A stretch of DNA of 64,000 nucleotides, taken from contig CBDHHL010000032.1 of NCBI GenBank assembly GCA_965263355.1, positions 800,001 to 864,000 on the forward strand, read 5' to 3'. Positions within the stretch are counted from its first letter, which is position 1. Each line of letters opens with the position of its first letter. The position numbers and the translations under genes are program-made. This document shows positions 57,093 to 64,000 of this stretch, one piece after another. Source of the stretch: Leptolyngbyaceae cyanobacterium (GTDB lineage Bacteria > Cyanobacteriota > Cyanobacteriia > Phormidesmidales > Phormidesmidaceae). The notes under the pieces were generated by a model. That model searched no databases. It was not told where the DNA came from and saw only the letters and a program-made list of their open reading frames with translations.

Positions 57093-58358
57093 CTAACCCT
57101 GGGGTGCCTGTGCCAAGCCAATGCCAACATCAGTACCAGGTAGACCCAGGCGCAGCGCATCACGCATTAGCCAGGCCCATAGTTCCATGCCCCGTGCCCC
57201 AGTGGCCTCAGCATAGAGGGCAGCAATCCCAGCTACGTGGGGGGTGGCCATACTAGTACCGCTGATTGACTTGTACCGCTCAGGCATGGGCCATGCGGAG
57301 TAAACACTCACACCAGGTGCAGCAATATCCACCTGGCCACCGTCCAGGTTGACGCTGCCATTAGAGAAGAAGCCCATCTGTAGCTTATTGTCCAGGGCTC
57401 CAACTGCCATTAGGGTAGGCGCATTAGCCGGATAGCCGACGGGATTGATCTGACCATTCTGGCGTCTGCTCTCATTACCTGCAGCGGCAATAATCAGAGA
57501 CCCACGCTGTAACGCTCGCTGGCCTACTTTTTCATAAATGCGTGAGTAGGTGTCCCCTGGACGGGTGGGGGCTCCCAACGACATAGAAATAATTGCGCAG
57601 CCATTATTAACGGCCCATTCAATGCCAGCCAAAATGCCGCTATCGGAACCGGAACCTCGGTTGCTCAGCACCTTACCTGCATAAATGTCAGCATTATAAG
57701 CGACACCATAACGAGGCAGTTCAACGGGATCCATTGGACCGCAGGCAGTACCAATACAGTGGGTGCCGTGGCCATTCTTATCTTGAACGTCTTCACCCAG
57801 AATAAAGGACCGACTGCGAATAATACGGCCAGCAAAGTCGGGATGATTTAGGTCCATGCCTGTATCCAGCACAGCGATCTTAATACCGAGACCGCTACAG
57901 GATGAATCGACCACCTTAGTTGCCTGTAGGCCCCAAGTATTCTGACCGTCCTTAAACTCAGGGGTTTCACCCTTTTGCCCAAGGGGAGGAGCCAGTCCTT
58001 CACTGGGTTCGGCTTGCTCATATAGGTGGCTGGCAGCGTCACTATATCCCCGTAGGTACTCGCTGGATAAACCGACTTGACCGATAGCGTAAACTACCCG
58101 CTCTGGATAAATGGCTAGGTTAGTCATGCGAACGGATTGTGCCTGTTCGGGGTCAAGGGGTACGACAGCTACGCCTAGGTCATCAAATACTGATGCGTTG
58201 GCACTTTCTAATTCTGCTGTGGTAAAAGCATGTTCCTCAAAATCGGCAGCCCTGGCTACACCCTGAATACCAGTAGCGTTGGATAGTGTTTGAATGCCTG
58301 TGCCTAGATCGTCATCAGGTAACAGTACAAGATAGCGCCCTGTGGTTTCGATAGACAT
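57093..58358 (-). CDS. S8 subtilisin-family serine peptidase
   Basis: Catalytic triad motifs VLDTG, HGTHCIG and SGTSMATPHVAG. Confidence 0.95.
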   Translation of the reverse strand: MSIETTGRYLVLLPDDDLGTGIQTLSNATGIQGVARAADFEEHAFTTAELESANASVFDDLGVAVVPLDPEQAQSVRMTNLAIYPERVVYAIGQVGLSSEYLRGYSDAASHLYEQAEPSEGLAPPLGQKGETPEFKDGQNTWGLQATKVVDSSCSGLGIKIAVLDTGMDLNHPDFAGRIIRSRSFILGEDVQDKNGHGTHCIGTACGPMDPVELPRYGVAYNADIYAGKVLSNRGSGSDSGILAGIEWAVNNGCAIISMSLGAPTRPGDTYSRIYEKVGQRALQRGSLIIAAAGNESRRQNGQINPVGYPANAPTLMAVGALDNKLQMGFFSNGSVNLDGGQVDIAAPGVSVYSAWPMPERYKSISGTSMATPHVAGIAALYAEATGARGMELWAWLMRDALRLGLPGTDVGIGLAQAPQG

Positions 58359-58734
58359 AATTATTCGTTTGATTCTATATAAGTGATCTTGCTTGATGTT
58401 GAGAGTCGATTCACGATGCAATCTGTTACATCGAAGTGCACACCTACCTCCATACAAGGTGCCAAGAAATGATTACGGAACCCATTAAATAAAATCTAAA
58501 TTTAAGAAAGATGCGCATATCTAGCTGAATATGAGACGTTCTTCTAGAAATAGAAGCTAGGATGTAGAAATCAGTGAAGGGCTAATCCCTCACCCGTGAT
58601 TTTTGACTTCTGACTCCTGATTCCCCCTCTTAACGAGCTTTTCTGCTGAAAGGGTATTTTCCTTGTTAAGCAGGATTAATAGTTGTCTGAATTCGCTTCA
58701 CTACTCGCTACCTTATGTTGTTTGCCTCTATTGT

Positions 58735-59334
58735 CTACAACAGGTTTTTGAGATGCTTGATTGTCCATCTCCATTGACGATAGGTCCATCGCAATGCGCG
58801 TTGTGTAAACCACAGATAGAGTCCGGTCAATAGACCCAGCCCCAATGCTAGGTCCCAGCGTTGAACCTTTACAGCGGCTAAGGTCCAGGTGCTTAAACCA
58901 AAGGCGGCACCATAGGCACACAAACTACTCATAATTGCGATCGCACCCTGCCAAAACCCACGACGATTTGCGCTCCAGGTGCCTAAGCTACCGCCAATGA
59001 TCAGGCCCACGATGGCCCCACTGATGGCCCATGTAGGTTGTTGGCCGCTGAGTTGGCCAATGCTGTAAAACAGCAGGAGTGCCATGGAAAATGCACCGCT
59101 CACTAGTCCGGTCAGTCGCTGGGGTATTTGTTGGTAAGGCTGTAGTCCTACAGCGATGCCAGCTACTGCTAAGAATCCGCCCAGGGTTAGGGTCAGGCTC
59201 CATTTTGGGTTGCCAGGGGCCAGATCTACGACACTAAAGACAAGGCTACTCAGGGCATGGAATGTAAAGAGTGCGATCGCAATTAAGCCAAGGGTGTACA
59301 CTGCTGGCTGCCAGTATCGAGAAAGACGGCTCAT
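58735..59334 (-). CDS. Hypothetical multi-TM membrane protein
   Basis: 199 aa with about six G/A-rich hydrophobic segments. Confidence 0.7.
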   Translation of the reverse strand: MSRLSRYWQPAVYTLGLIAIALFTFHALSSLVFSVVDLAPGNPKWSLTLTLGGFLAVAGIAVGLQPYQQIPQRLTGLVSGAFSMALLLFYSIGQLSGQQPTWAISGAIVGLIIGGSLGTWSANRRGFWQGAIAIMSSLCAYGAAFGLSTWTLAAVKVQRWDLALGLGLLTGLYLWFTQRALRWTYRQWRWTIKHLKNLL

Positions 59335-59650
59335 ATTGATGTTTAATGACTTTTTTTGCGTAGCTACAGCCTAACGTAAAGGAATAAAACTGCTGTTTTC
59401 TTATTGTTATTTTTGAGAAGACAATATGTTTATAAACATTAGCTTTGTTTTTAGATGATAGCTTGGGTGACTGGTGTGGAGTTTAAAGATGTTGCTTGGG
59501 GTCCCTCCGTGTTCCCTTTCCGGAAACAACAGTTGTGAAATAAATTGCTTCATGGGTCTTTGACGTGCGAAATTTGGTGTCATGGTGTTGAAGCAACAAC
59601 CTTGGGGGTAAGCTATTTTTCGAGTTGTTGAATTGTTGGATCAAAGGGTT

Positions 59651-60580
59651 ATGTTCCGTTGGTGTCAAATAAGACAATGGTTGCTTTGGGTTGGGGTATT
59701 GATGCCATTGGTTTTCTATGGGGCCAGTAGTTTACGTCGTCCGAGTCGTGCCAACATTGATTCACAACCGTTGTTTCAGGGCATTGTTTACAGTCGGCGG
59801 GTAATGGATCAACCGCGTCCTCAAATTGTTCATATTGTCGATATTGATCTGACAACGCCTGGGTTAAAGCCGTTTGTTCCTCCAGGCTATAAGGAAACAG
59901 CCATAAGCAATCCGATAGAACTGAAAAAATGGGAATCTGTGGCTAAAAAAACATCAGAGGTGATTGAAGCAGAAGGGTTACAGCTGGCGATCAACGCGAA
60001 CTTTTTTTATCCATTTCGAGAAGTGGCCCTATGGAACTATCGTCCCCGGTCTGGGCAGTTGGTTAATATGGCCGGCTTGGGAATCTCTAATGGTAAGATT
60101 GTGTCCCGTGCCAATGACGAACGTCCAGCGCTTTGTTTTGTGGAGCAGCGGGCTATGATTGATAATGCTGGAGCTTGCCCCAAGGCAACACAGCAGGCTG
60201 TTGCTGGCAATTTGATGTTGCTTGACCAGGGTCGGCTCACTCAAAACGTGCAAAATCAAATTACCAATGAAGGGGATAAGCCCTATTCGTTTACCATTAC
60301 GGCGTTAAATGCCGATGGCACACGATTGTGGTTAGTGCTGGTTGATGGTAAACAACCGCTTTACAGTGAGGGGATGACTCTGGCTGAGGTGACAGAATTG
60401 GTGCAAACCCTGGGGGCGGATACGGCATTGCGGTTAGATGGGGGTGGGTCAACGACTGTTGCGATCTCATCTCCCCAAGGCCCCCAGGTATTAAATGTTC
60501 CTATGCATGCCAAAATCCCCAGACAAGAACGCCCCGTAGCAAATCATTTAGGCTTTTTCGCCCAACCATTAACCCCTTAA
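59651..60580 (+). CDS. Phosphodiester glycosidase (NAGPA-like) family protein
   Basis: AINANFF, VDGKQPLYSEG, LDGGGST and ERPVANHLG. Confidence 0.88.
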   Translation: MFRWCQIRQWLLWVGVLMPLVFYGASSLRRPSRANIDSQPLFQGIVYSRRVMDQPRPQIVHIVDIDLTTPGLKPFVPPGYKETAISNPIELKKWESVAKKTSEVIEAEGLQLAINANFFYPFREVALWNYRPRSGQLVNMAGLGISNGKIVSRANDERPALCFVEQRAMIDNAGACPKATQQAVAGNLMLLDQGRLTQNVQNQITNEGDKPYSFTITALNADGTRLWLVLVDGKQPLYSEGMTLAEVTELVQTLGADTALRLDGGGSTTVAISSPQGPQVLNVPMHAKIPRQERPVANHLGFFAQPLTP

Positions 60581-60707
60581 AATTTCCAGTTAAATATAAA
60601 ACACCATTGCCCATTCCCCACCATTAGTTCTTAAAACTTTCTTCAGCCTATTTTTGTTTGCCAATATCTCTTATTACACTGAAGAGTCGTCTAAAAGACT
60701 CAGCCCT

Positions 60708-61244
60708 ATGTTCTTGAAAGTAATCGGTGGTTTGATAACGGCAATATTCGTGGCGTTTATTGCCGGGTTTGCGTTACCCAGTCAGGTGCATGTTGAACGT
60801 AGTTTACTGATCAGTGCTGCCCCAGCGGAAATTTTTCCGTTAGTTAGCGATCTTCATCAGTGGGATGCCTGGTCTCCCTGGGCGGAGATGGATCCTGACG
60901 CCGAGATGACCATTAGTGGTACTGGTGTGGGCCAGACCATGGAATGGCGTAGTGAAGACCCCCAGGTGGGCAATGGTACTCAGGAGATTACAGCGTTGGA
61001 ACCACCTAACCAGATAACCACCCATCTGGAGTTTGGGGATCAGGGTATGGCCGATGCTACATTACAGCTAACGTCTCAGGATGATGGCACTGTAGTCTCC
61101 TGGACATTGGATACCGATATGCGAGCAGGGGTGCCAACGTTGATGCAGCCTATCAGCACGTATTTTGGTTTCTTTATGGATGGCATGATTGGCAAAGACT
61201 ATGAAAAAGGGTTAGGCAACCTGAAGAATCTCGTAGAGAGTTAA
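60708..61244 (+). CDS. SRPBCC (polyketide cyclase/dehydrase-like) protein
   Basis: VERSLLISA, WSPW..DP, GVGQTMEW and IGKDYEKGLGNLK. Confidence 0.88.
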   Translation: MFLKVIGGLITAIFVAFIAGFALPSQVHVERSLLISAAPAEIFPLVSDLHQWDAWSPWAEMDPDAEMTISGTGVGQTMEWRSEDPQVGNGTQEITALEPPNQITTHLEFGDQGMADATLQLTSQDDGTVVSWTLDTDMRAGVPTLMQPISTYFGFFMDGMIGKDYEKGLGNLKNLVES

Positions 61245-61269
61245 AGAGCAAAACTTTATATTCTCCAAA

Positions 61270-61335
61270 CCCTTTTTTCTAAGAGAGAAGAAGGGCGCTA
61301 GCCTCAAAATCCTTCTCCCTGAGGGAGAAGGATTT
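61270..61335. repeat. Tandem palindromic hairpins (REP-like or terminator)
   Basis: AAATCCTTCTCCCT-G-AGGGAGAAGGATTT (61307-61335), preceded by a related imperfect hairpin. Confidence 0.6.
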
Positions 61336-61590
61336 AGGATATAGACGCTAAAGCGGCTTCTCACAAAGGGAGTAAATCTAAAAGCGTAAGTAAGTCCTTT
61401 TAAGTAATTATCTTCTAAATACAGTTGGCTCAGCCAAGTCGCAGAGGACGTCGCCTGAAATAGTTGCCTGAGCGAAATTGACGCCAACTGACCATAGGAG
61501 GCACTTATGTAAAAGATAAATGTCTTAACTTATGTCAGGGAGTATTTTAGAGTCTAAAAATAACGTCTTAAATGTGTGGTGTGCTTTGTT

Positions 61591-64000
61591 ATGACTTGGA
61601 ATAAACTCAAGAAAATATCTGTATATACCGTTTTAGCCCTATTACTATCCCCCACCGTTGTGAATGCCCAGGAAACTGAGCTGACTGAAACGGCTGTAGA
61701 TAACGCAATTGAGCCTCGGGTTGGGGTTGATTTCAATACCCCCCGCAATGGCGATGATGAACGCAGTTTTGGTCGAGTTACCGGCTTTATTCCCCTATGG
61801 CAAACACCTGGAAAGGGGTTAACGTTCCTAGATACCGGCCTCCGCATAAATAGCACAGGTGAACTGGGCGGCACAGTCACTGTCGGGCAACGATTTTTGC
61901 AAGGTGGTGTAGTACTAGGTGGTCACCTTTCCTACGACGTTCGTGATACTGGCAATAATACCTTTAATCAGCTGGGTCTAGGCATCGAGGCCTTTGGCGA
62001 TAAATGGGACGTCCACTTAAATGGCTATTTACCCATCGGCGATACCCAACAGTCAGCCGGGAGTAGCGGTAGTACCAGCCAGGTGACCGATACACAATTC
62101 CAAGGCAATCAACTGGTATTTATTACAACGGGGGGTGGCTCAGACTTTCTAGAAAGTGCTTGGGGTGGTGTTGATTTAGATGCAGGTATACAGCTAATCG
62201 ATTTAGCGGATGGGGGACAACTCTGGGGGTACGGAGGCGTCTATTACCATGGGGATGCCATCGGCGGACGTGTGCGTTTGGATCATCGGATACAGGACCG
62301 AATGCGTTTGGGTCTAGGTGTGCAAAGTGACGATAACTTTGGCACCCAAGGATTCTTTTCTATCGGGTTTAGCTGGGGTGGAGAAAGGAGTGACAGCTCT
62401 GATACGGAGTCACTATGGGCGCGGATATCGGAAAGTGTTACTCGCAATAGTTCCATTGTTGTCAAAGAAAGTGAAGTGGTTACCTCAGTAAGTGGGACTG
62501 AAGTTGCCATTAACCCGGCGACAGGGCAAACCTATTCTTTTCAGCATGTTATTCCTGATTCCACATCCACAGCGGGGGATGGCACGATTGAAAATCCCGC
62601 AGCAAATGCCAATTTAATCAATGCCCAAACCGGTGACATCATCTATGTCCGAGAAGGCGATAGTCGGACCAATCCCCTGGCTCCCTTTACTGTGCCAGCA
62701 GGTGTGATAGCGATTTCAGATGCAAACCTGGAAACCATCGTGACCCAGAACGGGACTGTTACTTTACCGGGTTCAGGAACCGGCATTTTACCCCTGGTGG
62801 ATGCCACAGGTAGCACTGTTGGCATTACGCTCACTGGCAGCAACAACCGCCTCTCTGGGTTTGAGATCACTGGAGCGACCGATGCGAATATCCTTGTCAA
62901 TGGTTCTAATAACGCATTAGTAGAAAACAATTTTAGTCGCGACGATCTAGATGATGGGATTGAGGTCTTTAATTCTAGCAATGTGACAGTGACCAATAAC
63001 ATCTTTAGTAACAGTGGTGACGATGCTATAGATATTGAAAGCTCAGCCAATGCAGTTATTAGCAATAATACGATTAGTGGCAGTGCTGACGATGGCATAG
63101 ATGTCCTCACCTCAGCCAGCCCAGTCATCAGTGGCAACACAATTAGTGATAGCGGCGACGAGGGCATAGTTCTCGAAAGCTCTGACAATGCGTCGATTCA
63201 GAACAATACCATCACTAATGCTTTTGACTCAGGCATTGATCTACTGACATCGGCCAGTGCAACTGTAGATGGCAATGCCATTGATGGGGGTGACTTTGGC
63301 ATATTTGTGGGTGAATCCGACAATGCATCAATTCAGAACAATAGCGTCGCCAATGTTGTATTTTCGGGGGTAGAAATCGCTAATTCAAACAATGTAACTG
63401 TTGCAGGTAACGCAATTAGTAACAGCGATGAGTTCGGTATATTTGTTGATACCTCAGATAGTACTTTGGTCCAAAATAACCAAATTGCTAACAGTACCCT
63501 TTCCGCTATCGAGTTAACCGCTGCAACCAATGCTAGTTTAACTGGCAATACCATCAGTAATAGCGGCAGCGGCGCTATTGTCGCTTTTGACAGTGATACT
63601 ATCACGATTCAAAATAACCAGGTGGCAACCACAGCTACTGACATTAATGGGGATCAAATTGTTGGTGCTATTTTCCTACAGGAAGTTATTGGCACAGTTG
63701 ATATCAGTGGCAATATGATTACTGGCACCACTGGCACCAATGCATTTGATGGTCAGGGGATTACAATCGGCAACTCCACAGGGGATATTGCCCTAACCAT
63801 TGATGACAATGATATTGATAACAATCAAGGCGACGGTGTTAGCATCGTCCTGTTTAATGTATTTACGATTGCACCTTCAGATGCTACGGCTGATATTACC
63901 ATTACCAATAACAGAATTGAAAACAATGGCGTAGCCACTCCTTTACGGGGAGATGGCATCAGGATAGCGGTAGAAGAAGATACTGTTATCAATAGTCTTT
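61591..64000 (+). CDS. Inverse-autotransporter-type beta-barrel + right-handed parallel beta-helix protein (runs off window end)
   Basis: Manual translation: MTWNKLKKISVYTVLALLLSPTVVNAQ signal peptide; barrel motifs GFIPLWQ, YDVRDTGNNTFNQLGLG and NGYLPIG; repeated ISNNTIS..GDDGI units. Confidence 0.85.
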   Translation, partial: MTWNKLKKISVYTVLALLLSPTVVNAQETELTETAVDNAIEPRVGVDFNTPRNGDDERSFGRVTGFIPLWQTPGKGLTFLDTGLRINSTGELGGTVTVGQRFLQGGVVLGGHLSYDVRDTGNNTFNQLGLGIEAFGDKWDVHLNGYLPIGDTQQSAGSSGSTSQVTDTQFQGNQLVFITTGGGSDFLESAWGGVDLDAGIQLIDLADGGQLWGYGGVYYHGDAIGGRVRLDHRIQDRMRLGLGVQSDDNFGTQGFFSIGFSWGGERSDSSDTESLWARISESVTRNSSIVVKESEVVTSVSGTEVAINPATGQTYSFQHVIPDSTSTAGDGTIENPAANANLINAQTGDIIYVREGDSRTNPLAPFTVPAGVIAISDANLETIVTQNGTVTLPGSGTGILPLVDATGSTVGITLTGSNNRLSGFEITGATDANILVNGSNNALVENNFSRDDLDDGIEVFNSSNVTVTNNIFSNSGDDAIDIESSANAVISNNTISGSADDGIDVLTSASPVISGNTISDSGDEGIVLESSDNASIQNNTITNAFDSGIDLLTSASATVDGNAIDGGDFGIFVGESDNASIQNNSVANVVFSGVEIANSNNVTVAGNAISNSDEFGIFVDTSDSTLVQNNQIANSTLSAIELTAATNASLTGNTISNSGSGAIVAFDSDTITIQNNQVATTATDINGDQIVGAIFLQEVIGTVDISGNMITGTTGTNAFDGQGITIGNSTGDIALTIDDNDIDNNQGDGVSIVLFNVFTIAPSDATADITITNNRIENNGVATPLRGDGIRIAVEEDTVINSL

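Noticed and set aside
62283..63605. Minus-strand ORFs of 75-181 aa
   Set aside because: Antisense shadows of the plus-strand beta-helix gene

Overview
Chromosomal segment of a cyanobacterium, judged from psbA, a flavodiiron protein, frequent HIP1 GCGATCGC octamers and an rRNA operon with tRNA-Ile/tRNA-Ala in the ITS. Core content: ppc (partial), a DUF1574/SGNH-like plus MBOAT pair, psbA, a two-component pair, a Ser/Thr kinase, a Flv1/2-type flavodiiron protein, menF, a complete minus-strand rRNA operon, glyQ, comEC, gcvH/gcvP and a VanY-type peptidase. Accessory content: a DUF6745 gene pair, a vanadium haloperoxidase-like protein, and an AT-rich mini biosynthetic locus (DUF6875 divergent from a standalone A-T-TE NRPS plus an acyltransferase-3). 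Two broken genes lie upstream of an SPFH lipoprotein. A ~6.4 kb integrase-less island sits between a degenerate and an intact tRNA-Ser(CGA) and is followed by a highly structured intergenic region. The window also has an IS982 element, a subtilase with a small propeptide-like partner, and a partial inverse-autotransporter/beta-helix gene. All family calls come from motif recognition by eye; no database searches were run.
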